64,000 bases of DNA from Bacteroidales bacterium. Lineage in GTDB: Bacteria > Bacteroidota > Bacteroidia > Bacteroidales > PUMT01. This document shows, in pieces, positions 18,638 to 28,841 of the stretch; within the stretch, counting starts at the first letter, position 1, and the number at the start of each line of letters is the position of its first letter. The stretch is from positions 465 through 64,464 of the forward strand of contig SLJO01000170.1 of the NCBI GenBank assembly GCA_007135095.1. Direction: 5' to 3'. Below the pieces are notes generated by a model, which was given only the letters and a program-made list of their open reading frames with translations, did no database searches and had not been told where the DNA came from. A program made the translations under genes and the position numbers.

Positions 18638-21600
18638 TTACTGTTCACTCTTTGATTTCATAATATAATTTATACCCTTTATGGGTATAAGCACCCAGTC
18701 CGGTCTGTTATTCAGCTCATAGCCTAATTCATAAACAGCCTTTTCAAGAATATAGGTGTCAAGCATTGTTTTCAGATCTTCTTTATTATCGGGTATCAGC
18801 CTTGTTTCTCCAAGTGCCCCGGTGTAGGTTTTCAGATATGTGCCACTTATATAATGATACCATAGCTCTGCCCACTTTTCAAGTATGTCAAAGTCTTCCT
18901 GCCTTATGGCTGAATAATTGAACAATGCGCTGTATGCAGCATAATGGAATGATCTTAACATTCCGGCAACATCCCTCAGAGGGGATCTCTTCAGGCGCCT
19001 TTCACTGAATGACCGTGCAGGTTCGCCTTCAAAATCAATGATAAAAAAATCCTTGCCTGTAAAAAGTACCTGTCCAAGATGGAAATCACCATGGTTCCTT
19101 ATTTTCAGGGAATTGAATTTTCTCGAATGAATCTTTTTCATCCGTATCAGGATATCATTTTTAATTACCAGGATACCGCGGGCTTCCTCTTTTACATTAT
19201 CCGGTATGCAAGCCATATTCTGTTCGAGCGACTGGAACGAGGACCTTGTCAGCGACTGGAGTGATGAAAATAAAGACCGCTGGTAGTGCAGTGAAAACGC
19301 TTCGGGTTCGAAATCCGGCTCACTGGAAGATGCCAGGCTTATATGCATTTCTGCAGTGCGTTTTGCCAGAAGACTCATCCTTTCAAAAACAGCAATTCCC
19401 ATTATATCTTTTATTTCTTCATCCAGTACACTGAAGGAATCCGGTTCCTCCAGTGTGCCAGTAAGCTGCGGGATATTCCTGAAATCAGGGAATGCAAGTA
19501 TCCTTTCAAAATAACGGTTTAGCTCATCAGCTGCATAATCCCAGGCGTCACCCTGATTTTCAACCATCTCCTGCATCATCCCCATGACCATTGGAGGCTG
19601 TTTCACCTGCAGGTGTTCAATGCCGCCCATGTACCTTGGAATATTGCCGAAAGAGGTTTTTTCAGTGAGAAATCGCAATATCTCCACGTCGGGATTAATA
19701 ACGCGGTCAAGCTTCCGGTACAACTTAAAGAAATATTTCCGGTTGAAAATGATGGATGTGTTACTCTGTTCGGCGCTCAATATTCTGGAGTGAAATTCCC
19801 TGGCCTCCTGCTCGGTTTTCTGTGCCTTTTTAAACTCGGAATTTACGTAAAACACCAGTTCTCCGCTTTTTTCCCTTATTTTCCTTCTTTTTGTCATGTA
19901 TTCATACACCGCCTCGCGGAATAACCTGCTGTAAACCGCATCATATAAAATTCCCTGGGTGTCGCCTATAGTTACAGGCGCAATGATTGACTGGACCGAT
20001 CCTTCGCGCAGCAGGGCTTCATATTCCCTGCTTGCAAAACTGACCGGCAGTTGATAAAACTCAGGCAATCCTTCAATATATTTTACCTCAATGATCAGCC
20101 ATGAAAACCGTTCGTGGTGGAATGTGAAATGGACAGCCTCGGAAATGCCAATTTCGCGGATCAGCCTGGCCTTTCCTCCAAACCACCTGCAGGTTTTGAT
20201 ATAGTTCCGGATCAATTTGCCTGTGAGCACCTTGGCATTGGAAGCCTTGAAAAGATCCTCGTATTTTGCCACCTTCATTTTAGGTACGTGGGTATCATCG
20301 ATCCTGGCCTTTGCCGGAACCGGCTGCTCCAGAAGGAACCAGTAATATCCGTGCGGACCGAGGGTAATCTGATATGAGGTTTCTTTTATTTTTGGGAATT
20401 TATTGTTGGAAAAAACCTCTATCGGGATATATTCCCTGTAACTGTGGAGATCAAGTTCGACGGGCTGGCTGTACCGGGACAGGTTTGCTATTACAAGGAT
20501 GGTCTCCTCCCTGTAGCATCTTAAAAAAGCAAGGACCTTTGAGTTGGAGGGAGACAGGAAATTTATGGTGCCGCGGCTGAAAGCCTTAAACTGCTTTCTC
20601 ATTCCAATAACCCGTTTGGTCCACCAGAACAGGGATGATGAATTGCTTTGTTGAGTTTCCACATTTACCGCTTCATACTGATATTCCGGATCAAGGATCA
20701 CAGGGAGATAAAGCTGCTGGGGATTTGCATCAGAAAAGCCGGCATTACGGTCGGCCGTCCACTGCATAGGTGTCCTCACCCCGTCGCGGTCGCCAAGATA
20801 AAAGTTGTCGCCCATGCCGATTTCATCGCCGTAGTAAAGGACAGGGGTGCCGGATAAGGAAAACAAAAGGTAATTCATCAGTTCTATCTTCCGCCGGTTA
20901 TTGTCTAGAAGAGGAGCAAGGCGGTGCCTGATACCCAGGTTTATTTTCGCCTTTGGATCCTTTGTATAGACCTTGTACATGTAATCCCTTTCTTCGTCGG
21001 TCACCATCTCAAGGGTCAGTTCGTCATGATTCCTGAGGAACATGGCCCATTGGCATGTTTCCGGGATTTCAGGGGTCTGGTCGAAAATATCCGTCAGAGG
21101 ATAGCGGTCTTCCATTTTCAGTGCCATAAACATACGGGGCATGATGGGGAAATGATAATTCATATGGCATTCATCACCATCTCCGAAATAGGCAGCTGAG
21201 TCTTCGGGCCACATATTTGCTTCGGCCAGGAGCAGCTTGCCGGTATATTTGGAGTCTACATGTGCCCTGAGTTTCTTCAGGAACACATGGGTCTCATCGA
21301 GGTTTTCACAATTTGTGTTTTCCCTTTCAAAGAGATAGGGAACGGCATCCAGGCGAAACCCGTCCACGCCCATATCCAGCCAGTAATCCAGCACCTTGAA
21401 TATTTCCTTCTGCACCTTTGGGTTATCAAAATTCAGATCGGGCTGGTGCGAATAGAAACGGTGCCAGTAATATTGATTTGCCACATTATCCCAGGTCCAG
21501 TTTGATTTTTCAAAATCCTTGAATATAATCCTAGCATCCTTGTATTTATCGGGATCGTCGCTCCAGACATAATAATTACGGTATGCCGAACCCCGTTTTG

Positions 21601-21991
21601 ATTTCCGTGCCCGCTGAAACCATGGATGCTCATCGGAAGTGTGGTTTATTACCAGCTCTGTTATGACCTTTAGATTCCGTTTGTGAGCCTCTCTGAGGAA
21701 CCGTCGGAATGAACGAATATCACCATATGACGGGTTTATGCGATAGTAATCGGAAATATCATATCCGTCATCACGCAGTGGCGAAGGGTAAAACGGAAGA
21801 AGCCATATAGCCGTTACCCCCAGGTTTTCCAGGTAATCCAGTTTGGAAAGCAATCCGTTGAAATCTCCGATACCGTCTGCATTGCTGTCGTAAAAAGCTT
21901 TGATATGAAGTTCGTAAATAATTGCATCCTTGTACCAGAGCAACTCTTCATCCAGCTCACTCACTTTGTTTTTTAATTCCTTTTTTGCCAT
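18638..21991 (-). CDS. treS: Trehalose synthase (maltose alpha-D-glucosyltransferase) fused to maltokinase
   Basis: The N-terminal GH13 TreS part reads LWYKDAIIYELH...DGIGDF...DGFRLDAVPYL. The C-terminal ~450 aa are a Pep2/Mak-like kinase (GDFHLGQVLF...IIDFEGEP...RSPLRDVAGMLRSFHYA). Confidence 0.9.
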   Translation of the reverse strand: MAKKELKNKVSELDEELLWYKDAIIYELHIKAFYDSNADGIGDFNGLLSKLDYLENLGVTAIWLLPFYPSPLRDDGYDISDYYRINPSYGDIRSFRRFLREAHKRNLKVITELVINHTSDEHPWFQRARKSKRGSAYRNYYVWSDDPDKYKDARIIFKDFEKSNWTWDNVANQYYWHRFYSHQPDLNFDNPKVQKEIFKVLDYWLDMGVDGFRLDAVPYLFERENTNCENLDETHVFLKKLRAHVDSKYTGKLLLAEANMWPEDSAAYFGDGDECHMNYHFPIMPRMFMALKMEDRYPLTDIFDQTPEIPETCQWAMFLRNHDELTLEMVTDEERDYMYKVYTKDPKAKINLGIRHRLAPLLDNNRRKIELMNYLLFSLSGTPVLYYGDEIGMGDNFYLGDRDGVRTPMQWTADRNAGFSDANPQQLYLPVILDPEYQYEAVNVETQQSNSSSLFWWTKRVIGMRKQFKAFSRGTINFLSPSNSKVLAFLRCYREETILVIANLSRYSQPVELDLHSYREYIPIEVFSNNKFPKIKETSYQITLGPHGYYWFLLEQPVPAKARIDDTHVPKMKVAKYEDLFKASNAKVLTGKLIRNYIKTCRWFGGKARLIREIGISEAVHFTFHHERFSWLIIEVKYIEGLPEFYQLPVSFASREYEALLREGSVQSIIAPVTIGDTQGILYDAVYSRLFREAVYEYMTKRRKIREKSGELVFYVNSEFKKAQKTEQEAREFHSRILSAEQSNTSIIFNRKYFFKLYRKLDRVINPDVEILRFLTEKTSFGNIPRYMGGIEHLQVKQPPMVMGMMQEMVENQGDAWDYAADELNRYFERILAFPDFRNIPQLTGTLEEPDSFSVLDEEIKDIMGIAVFERMSLLAKRTAEMHISLASSSEPDFEPEAFSLHYQRSLFSSLQSLTRSSFQSLEQNMACIPDNVKEEARGILVIKNDILIRMKKIHSRKFNSLKIRNHGDFHLGQVLFTGKDFFIIDFEGEPARSFSERRLKRSPLRDVAGMLRSFHYAAYSALFNYSAIRQEDFDILEKWAELWYHYISGTYLKTYTGALGETRLIPDNKEDLKTMLDTYILEKAVYELGYELNNRPDWVLIPIKGINYIMKSKSEQ

Positions 21992-22070
21992 AAGATAAGA
22001 ATATCGGTTTTTAACCGGGTGTATAGCCTGCTGCCGCAGTTATTAATGCCTGGTGTTTCAACTGCCGGGT

Positions 22071-24026
22071 TTATTGATCAATTTTAAAAATATGTGCAGG
22101 AAATATAAGCGGGTTCAGTTCCACATAATTCCATTCGCCGTTCCAGTGATATCTCTGACCCGTGAGCAGATCATGCATGTTGTATCCCCTGTCGGCCGAA
22201 ATGCCCAGTTCGTGTAAGGGTACTTTTATCCAGCTCCCCTGTGTGAAATCGGGATCCATATTAACCACAACAAAAATCCTGTTGCTTTTTTCATCATCGG
22301 TTTTCCCGTAACAAAGCAGGTAATTGTTTTGGGAATCGGCAAAATGAATATTCCAGGTAGTTTGTAATGCCGTGTTTTCCCGACGGATGCGGTTTATCAA
22401 GGCAATAAGTTTTCTCATCCTGGTCATACTTTGCCAGTCATAATTCTTTATTTCATATTTTTCGTTATCAATGTATTCTTCCCTCTTCGGATGGGGCACA
22501 TTCAGGCCTGATTCAAATACAGGACCGTAAATGCCGTAATTTGATGACAGGGTTGCTGCCATAACAAGACGTGCAACGAAGGCAGCCTCATTTTTGTATT
22601 GAAGGGATTCGGGTAAAATATCCGGGGTATTCGGCCAGAAATTGGGTCTGAAAAATTCTCTTCTTTTGGTCTTTGTAAGCTCATGCAGGTACTGCACAAA
22701 CTCTTCCCGGGTGTTTCTCCAGGTAAAATAAGTGTATGACTGGGTAAATCCGATTTTCCCCAGCTTATCCATCACTTTGTTCCTGGTGAATGCCTCTGCG
22801 AGAAAAATTATATCGGGATGCTCAAGTTTTATCTCACCGATCATCCATTCCCAGAATCTGAAAGACTTGGTGTGGGGATTATCGACCCTGAAAATGCGCA
22901 CCCCCTGCTGTATCCAGTAATCAACTATGCTCTTCAGCTCTTTCCACATATTCTGCCAGTCGTCATTTTCAAAATTCATTGCCAGCACATCCTGGTATTT
23001 TTTCGGGGGATTCTCTGCGTATTGTACAGTGCCATCAGGCCTCCAGGTGAACCAGCGGGGATGTTCGGTCACGTAGGGATGGTCCTGTGAGCACTGGTAG
23101 GCAAGATCCAGTGCTATTTCAATATTGTTTTCGGCTGCTATCCGCACCACATTGTGGAAGTCTTCCAATGTGCCGAGCTCCGGGTGGATGGCTTTATGCC
23201 CCCCTTCCCTGCCTCCTATGGCCCACGGAGACCCCGGCTCGCCGGGTTCTGCCTCCGGAGAATTGTCTTTTCCTTTCCTGAAGGATTCTCCTATAGGATG
23301 AATGGGGGGAAAGTATAAAATATCAAACCCCATTTTTGCAACCAGCGGTATCACACTTTCAACATCCTTGAAAGTCCCGTGTTTTCCTGGCACCGGTGAT
23401 GTGGAACGGGGAAACACTTCATACCAGCTGCTGAACAATGCCCTTTTCCTTTCCGCCAGCACCGGAAGGATCTTTTCGTAGGTGGCAGCATCCTTGCGGT
23501 CGGTACATTGATACATCACCTCACTTACCTCCTCGCCAAGGACCAGCGCCATTGCAGCAGCAGGGACGTATTCCGTTTCGGTAATAAAATCAATCCATTC
23601 GTCGATCTTCTTCTGGACATTCGGTACAGCAAGCTGACTGGCTTTCTGCATCAACAGGGCACCAATTTTCATTTCAATGCGAATATCCTGGTTTGCTTCA
23701 TATTTGAGTTTTATGCCCTTTTGCCATGAAGCAAAATGGTCTACCCATGCCTGGAAGGTATATTCGTAATACCCCATTTCATTCACCACAAATTCAGCCT
23801 CCCACCTGTCATTTGATATATGCTGCATAGGCGTTTCATCCCAGGGACTGGATCCTTTTTTGCGGTGCAGCAGCACGGCCCTCATTTCATTATGGCCATC
23901 GGCAAAAATATCGGCACTGACCCGTACCTTTTCTCCAATTACTCTTTTTATGGGATATTTTCCACAGTCTATTTCAGGATTAACATTTTCTATTATTGCT
24001 CTTTTTCTGCCTTCAATGTGGTTCAT
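22071..24026 (-). CDS. glgE: Alpha-1,4-glucan:maltose-1-phosphate maltosyltransferase
   Basis: It has the GlgE-specific N-terminal domain (IENVNPEIDCGKYPIKRVIGEKVRVSADIFADGH) and a GH13 core (RIFRVDNPHTK). The gene is adjacent to treS-mak and glgB. Confidence 0.88.
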   Translation of the reverse strand: MNHIEGRKRAIIENVNPEIDCGKYPIKRVIGEKVRVSADIFADGHNEMRAVLLHRKKGSSPWDETPMQHISNDRWEAEFVVNEMGYYEYTFQAWVDHFASWQKGIKLKYEANQDIRIEMKIGALLMQKASQLAVPNVQKKIDEWIDFITETEYVPAAAMALVLGEEVSEVMYQCTDRKDAATYEKILPVLAERKRALFSSWYEVFPRSTSPVPGKHGTFKDVESVIPLVAKMGFDILYFPPIHPIGESFRKGKDNSPEAEPGEPGSPWAIGGREGGHKAIHPELGTLEDFHNVVRIAAENNIEIALDLAYQCSQDHPYVTEHPRWFTWRPDGTVQYAENPPKKYQDVLAMNFENDDWQNMWKELKSIVDYWIQQGVRIFRVDNPHTKSFRFWEWMIGEIKLEHPDIIFLAEAFTRNKVMDKLGKIGFTQSYTYFTWRNTREEFVQYLHELTKTKRREFFRPNFWPNTPDILPESLQYKNEAAFVARLVMAATLSSNYGIYGPVFESGLNVPHPKREEYIDNEKYEIKNYDWQSMTRMRKLIALINRIRRENTALQTTWNIHFADSQNNYLLCYGKTDDEKSNRIFVVVNMDPDFTQGSWIKVPLHELGISADRGYNMHDLLTGQRYHWNGEWNYVELNPLIFPAHIFKIDQ

Positions 24027-24207
24027 GAGAATAAATTATGGTTATTAAGCTTATATTCAATTATTCCGAAGATAAGAAAACTTACCCGCAAAAAAAAGCT
24101 GTGCTGATGGTTTTGGGATGCCTCCTTCAAATTATAAGGACAGTACTATTTCAATGGTAATGAATTTTTAACGGATTAAAGGGCTAAAATGTTCAATGGG
24201 TTTTTAT

Positions 24208-24215
24208 TATATTTG
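24208..24215 (+). promoter_or_regulatory. Bacteroidota-type -7 box (TATATTTG) upstream of the GH15 gene
   Basis: It matches TAnnTTTG and lies 83 nt upstream of the ATG at 24298. This is a motif match only. Confidence 0.3.
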
Positions 24216-24297
24216 TATAGGGACCGGCGGAGTTAAATTACCGCTGGCATTATTGAAAATTAATACATGCAACAGGAAACCTGTTAAATTCAATCAA

Positions 24298-26106
24298 ATG
24301 GAGAACCTTGATTACGGAGTAATCGGGAATTGCATTAGCGCCGCCCTGGTATCCAAAAAGGGCTGGATAGACTGGTGCTGCCTCCCGGAATTTAATTCCG
24401 CATCCGTGTTTGCAAGAATACTTGATGTTAACATAGGGGGAACTTTCGGATTCGAATGTGCAGATGATTACCAGATCAGTCAAAGGTATTACCCGGGCAC
24501 CAACATACTGCTGACCACTTATGAACAGGGGGATAATATTTTTGAGGTAATCGATTTTATGCCCCGGTACTATTACGAGGATGGAGGATATTATGCTCCT
24601 CCCGACATTATCAGGTACCTTGTTCATAAATCGGGGAAACCTGAATTTAAGGTTGTATATGACCCGAAACTGAATTATGCCAGGGATGAAACCAAAACAA
24701 TCATAGAAGAGGATTATATAAAAAGTTTCAGCCTAAAGGGTAGATATGAGTCCATATACCTTTATTCGGACCTTGATAAAAAAAGCATAGTTGAACGCAA
24801 TAAAATAGTGCTCGAAAAAAATGCCTTTTTCCTGTTATCCTACAACCAGAAAATCCGCCACCAGGATATTAACCGGATCTACCTTAAGTATGAAAGAACA
24901 AAGGTATACTGGCTGAACTGGACTGAAAAAACCATCCACCTGAAAAAGTATGATGAAGTTGTTAACAGAAGCGCCCTGTTGCTTAAACTGCTGACTTTCC
25001 AGAAAACCGGTGCGGTGCTCGCCGCTGTTACCACATCACTTCCCGAAACAATCGGTGAAGTAAGAAACTGGGATTACCGGTTCTGCTGGATAAGGGATGC
25101 CGCCATGACAATCAATATATTCAACCGTATTGCCCATGTCATTGAAGCCAAGAGTTTCCTGCGCTTTATTATTGAGGTTACTCCCGCAAAGGATGAGCGG
25201 ATACAGATAATGTACGGGATCAGGGGGGAGAAAGAGCTTACCGAGCAGATCCTTGATCACCTTGCAGGTTATGAGGGTTCATCGCCTGTAAGAATTGGTA
25301 ACGCTGCATATACACAGAAACAGCATGATATTTACGGCGTGCTGATGGATGTAATATACCAGGATGTGAAGTATTACCAGGTTTCCACTGAGAATGCCGA
25401 GGAATTATGGACCGTCGTGCGAAGCATTGTCAGATCGGTCGAAAAGAACTGGAAAAATCCCGATAAGGGAATATGGGAGATACGCTCGGAAGGGCGTCAT
25501 TTTACTTTTTCCAAGTTGCTTTGCTGGGTAGCGGTTGACCGGGCAATAAAAATGGCCCGGATACTCAGGATGGAAAATTATGTAAAAGACTGGCACAGGT
25601 TAAAAATTGAAATATGTGAAGATATCCATGAAAATGCATGGAACCCCGGGCTCAATTCTTTTACCCAGTATTATGGAAGCGATGAAATGGATGCTTCCAA
25701 CCTGCTCATGGAAACCTACGGCTTTCTCGAGGCAAATGACCCGCGGTTTATCGGCACGGTGGAAGCAACCCAGCGGGAATTAATGGAAGACGGCTTAATG
25801 TACAGGTACAGGAACCAGGATGATTTCGGTGTGCCGTCTTCATCATTCACTATATGCAACTTCTGGCTGATCACCAGTTTATGCCGTATAGGCCGGAAGG
25901 AAGAGGCGGAAAAAATGTTCACGCGAATACTTTCCTACGGTAATCATCTCGGATTGTTCAGTGAAGACATAACTTTTTACACCCACAGGCTTCTTGGCAA
26001 TTTCCCCCAGGCCTATTCACACCTTGCCCTTATCGAGTCGGCACTTTCACTGGCAACAGGCACCACAAGTGAGACCAAGGTGGTTAAGGCACTGGAAAAA
26101 TCTTAG
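24298..26106 (+). CDS. Glycoside hydrolase family 15 (glucoamylase/trehalase-like)
   Basis: The N-terminus DYGVIGNCISAALVSKKGWIDWCCLPEFNS and the (alpha/alpha)6 core (NWDYRFCWIRDA, GIWEIR, DASNLL) are typical of GH15. I prefer the ATG at 24298. Confidence 0.85.
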   Translation: MENLDYGVIGNCISAALVSKKGWIDWCCLPEFNSASVFARILDVNIGGTFGFECADDYQISQRYYPGTNILLTTYEQGDNIFEVIDFMPRYYYEDGGYYAPPDIIRYLVHKSGKPEFKVVYDPKLNYARDETKTIIEEDYIKSFSLKGRYESIYLYSDLDKKSIVERNKIVLEKNAFFLLSYNQKIRHQDINRIYLKYERTKVYWLNWTEKTIHLKKYDEVVNRSALLLKLLTFQKTGAVLAAVTTSLPETIGEVRNWDYRFCWIRDAAMTINIFNRIAHVIEAKSFLRFIIEVTPAKDERIQIMYGIRGEKELTEQILDHLAGYEGSSPVRIGNAAYTQKQHDIYGVLMDVIYQDVKYYQVSTENAEELWTVVRSIVRSVEKNWKNPDKGIWEIRSEGRHFTFSKLLCWVAVDRAIKMARILRMENYVKDWHRLKIEICEDIHENAWNPGLNSFTQYYGSDEMDASNLLMETYGFLEANDPRFIGTVEATQRELMEDGLMYRYRNQDDFGVPSSSFTICNFWLITSLCRIGRKEEAEKMFTRILSYGNHLGLFSEDITFYTHRLLGNFPQAYSHLALIESALSLATGTTSETKVVKALEKS

Positions 26107-26398
26107 CTCCATAGATTGCAAAAATTACAATTTTATTATAATACCATTGCGAATTTACCCATATTTGCACCCCGGATAACTTATGTATGGATCCATTTTA
26201 CCGCATAAATTCACATATCAGGCATCTCTTTATTAATATAAAAAAAAGAGATACCTATCCCTGTTTCTGCTCCCCGCTGGTCCGGCAGCGGTGATTCCTG
26301 TATTAGCACCCCATTGATCAACGGCTGGTTATTCATGTTTAATGTTGGCAGCCAGGTCAATAATTAAGAACCAAAAAATTTCAAAACACATAACAGTT

Positions 26399-27775
26399 AT
26401 GGAACTTCCATTTGCCGAATCATATAAAATAAAGATGGTGGAACCCATCAGAAAAAGCACTCCCGCCCAAAGGGAGGCATGGATAAGGGAGGCAAAATTC
26501 AATGTTTTCAATTTACGCAGCGAACATGTCTTCATCGATCTGCTGACCGATTCAGGGAACGGCGCCATGAGCGACATGCAATGGTCGGCCCTTATGCAGG
26601 GAGATGAAAGCTATGCCGGCGCTTCAAGCTATTACCGGCTAAAGTCTGTTATTGAAGATATTACAGGCTTTCCTTATTTTCTGCCCACGCACCAGGGAAG
26701 GGCGGCTGAAAATGTCCTTTTTTCGGCCATGGTCAGGGAAGGAGATATTGTTCCCGGCAATTCTCATTTTGATACCACAAAGGGGCATATAGAATTCAGG
26801 AAGGCTCAGGCGGTTGACTGTACCATCAGTCAGGCATTTGACACAACCATTGAACATCCGTTCAAGGGCAATATCGATCTCATGAAGCTCGAGCAAGTGC
26901 TGAAATCCTATCCGCGCGACAGGATCCCTTTTATCATAGTGACAATCACCTGTAATTCCTCGGGTGGCCAGCCAGTGTCAATGGAGAATCTCAAAGGGGT
27001 ACGTCGACTGGCAGAGAGGTACGGGATACCCGTTATACTGGATTCGGCGCGTTTTGCCGAAAATGCATGGTTCATAAAGCTTCGCGAAAAGGATTATCAC
27101 GACTCGGATATAAGGAACATTGCAGGGGAGATGTTTGCCTGTGCTGATGCAATGACCATGAGCTGCAAAAAGGATGGCATTGTTAACATGGGCGGTTTTA
27201 TTGGCTTCAGGGATGAGGAACTGTATAAAAAGGCCTCTGTTTACAACATAATGTTTGAAGGCTATAATACCTATGGCGGCATGTCGGGAAGGGATATGAA
27301 TGCACTGGCGCAGGGGCTCATTGAGGGTACGGAATTTGATTACCTGCAGACCAGGATAAACCAGGTAGCTTACCTGGGCAACAAACTCCGGGATTTTGGC
27401 GTCCCTGTGCTCGTTCCTTATGGAGGGCATGCCATATTTGTTGATGCCAAAAGGTTTTTCCCCCATATACCCGTCAGTGAGTTTGTTGCGCAGACCCTGG
27501 TGGTTGAATTATACAGGGAGGCAGGAGTGAGGGCCACTGAAATCGGAACCCTTCTGGCCGACCGTGATCCTGTTTCCAGGGAGAACCGCTACCCTGAGCT
27601 TGAGTTGCTGCGCCTTGCCATACCCAGGCGTGTTTATACCAATAACCACATGGATGTGGTGGCAGTTGCGCTTAAAAATATATATGACAGGAGGAAGGAT
27701 ATAAAGCGGGGACTGAAAATTATCAGTGAAGCCCCCATAATGCGCCATTTCACCGTTGAACTCGGCATGGCATAG
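26399..27775 (+). CDS. tnaA: Tryptophanase (beta-eliminating PLP lyase)
   Basis: It is collinear with TnaA/TPL. FDTTKGH and DSARFAENAWFIK match tryptophanase rather than tyrosine phenol-lyase. The PLP-lysine region reads MSCKKDGIVNMGGF. Confidence 0.85.
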   Translation: MELPFAESYKIKMVEPIRKSTPAQREAWIREAKFNVFNLRSEHVFIDLLTDSGNGAMSDMQWSALMQGDESYAGASSYYRLKSVIEDITGFPYFLPTHQGRAAENVLFSAMVREGDIVPGNSHFDTTKGHIEFRKAQAVDCTISQAFDTTIEHPFKGNIDLMKLEQVLKSYPRDRIPFIIVTITCNSSGGQPVSMENLKGVRRLAERYGIPVILDSARFAENAWFIKLREKDYHDSDIRNIAGEMFACADAMTMSCKKDGIVNMGGFIGFRDEELYKKASVYNIMFEGYNTYGGMSGRDMNALAQGLIEGTEFDYLQTRINQVAYLGNKLRDFGVPVLVPYGGHAIFVDAKRFFPHIPVSEFVAQTLVVELYREAGVRATEIGTLLADRDPVSRENRYPELELLRLAIPRRVYTNNHMDVVAVALKNIYDRRKDIKRGLKIISEAPIMRHFTVELGMA

Positions 27776-27778
27776 ATT

Positions 27779-28474
27779 TTAATGCATTCCGTTCAGCGAG
27801 TTCAGCAGTTCCCAGTGTTCGTTTGAAAAATGCTCAAGGCTGTCAAGCCTGACATCGGCAAGGGTAAACCTGGGATTGCTGCGGTTGGCTTTCTCGGGTA
27901 TAACAAGCGTTCTCATCTTTGCAGATTTGGCTGCTATCAGTCCTGCCAGGGAATCCTCTATTGCAAGGCAGTTGACCGGCGGGATATTAATTGTTTTAGC
28001 CGTAGTGATATAAACTGCCGGATGCGGTTTGCCAAACTCCTCATTTTCAGCGCTGACAATCACTTTAAACTCATCTTTCAGTCCGAGCCTGCCAAGAACC
28101 CGTTCAATAACCTGACGGTTTGATGAGGATGCAAGGGCTTTGGGCAGCCCGGTGCGGTTGAAAAAATCGATGATCTTGTTTACTCCCGGAGCCGGGAATC
28201 CCTTTCTGTCGATAATTTTACATACGGTATCTTCAATCTCTCCGCCTACCTCTTCCTGTGATTTATTGTCCCAGGGTTTATACCGGTACCAGTGTGCAAC
28301 AGTCTCATCTGTCCTTAACCCGGTAGTCTGCAGGCACATCTTTTCAGTCAGCTCAATTCCGACCTTGCTGAACACAATTTGTTCGGCCTCACGCCAGAGA
28401 GGCTCCGAGTCAATCAGCACCCCGTCCATATCAAATATTACTGCCTCTATCATAATTTTTTTAATTAAACGCAA
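27779..28474 (-). CDS. HAD-superfamily sugar phosphatase (hexitol/2-deoxyglucose-6-phosphatase-like)
   Basis: It has HAD motif I (IFDMDGVLIDSEPLW), motif II (LASSS), and motifs III/IV (KPHP...IEDSLAGLIAAKSA). It resembles the YniC/HxpB type. Confidence 0.85.
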   Translation of the reverse strand: MRLIKKIMIEAVIFDMDGVLIDSEPLWREAEQIVFSKVGIELTEKMCLQTTGLRTDETVAHWYRYKPWDNKSQEEVGGEIEDTVCKIIDRKGFPAPGVNKIIDFFNRTGLPKALASSSNRQVIERVLGRLGLKDEFKVIVSAENEEFGKPHPAVYITTAKTINIPPVNCLAIEDSLAGLIAAKSAKMRTLVIPEKANRSNPRFTLADVRLDSLEHFSNEHWELLNSLNGMH

Positions 28475-28609
28475 ATATACTATTAAATTTTTTCAGCTTA
28501 AATTGCACAGAGGCAAATGAAAAATTGCTCTTGTTTTTTTCTGCAGCAAAAACAGGAAGCAAAAAATGGCGCCGCTACAGTAATTTCCTGAAAATCCAAT
28601 CTATTGTCT

Positions 28610-28649
28610 AAAATCCGGGGACTCGCTACGCTCAGGCAGCCCGGATTTT
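28610..28649. other. Orphan strong stem-loop (terminator-like) in a divergent intergenic region
   Basis: A perfect 10-bp stem (AAAATCCGGG / CCCGGATTTT) encloses a 20-nt loop. It lies between the divergent starts at 28474 (-) and 28842 (+). Confidence 0.5.
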
Positions 28650-28841
28650 TAAACGAACTGAATTTGATTTTCCTCACCAGGAATTCCCTTAGACGGTATG
28701 AAGAGAACGGGAAAGCATATTTTTCATTATCTTCAAAAATCAAACACGAATATTGTTTGTGCTAAGTAGCATATTATCAATAAATTAATATGAACATATA
28801 AATATCCTTTTGTTAAGGATGAAATGTTTTGCGGCCTGATC

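Noticed and set aside
19304-19316. GGGTTCGAAATCC resembles a tRNA T-arm.
   Set aside because: It has one extra base relative to the GGTTCGAATCC consensus and no flanking acceptor or anticodon arms. It also lies inside the treS-maltokinase CDS.
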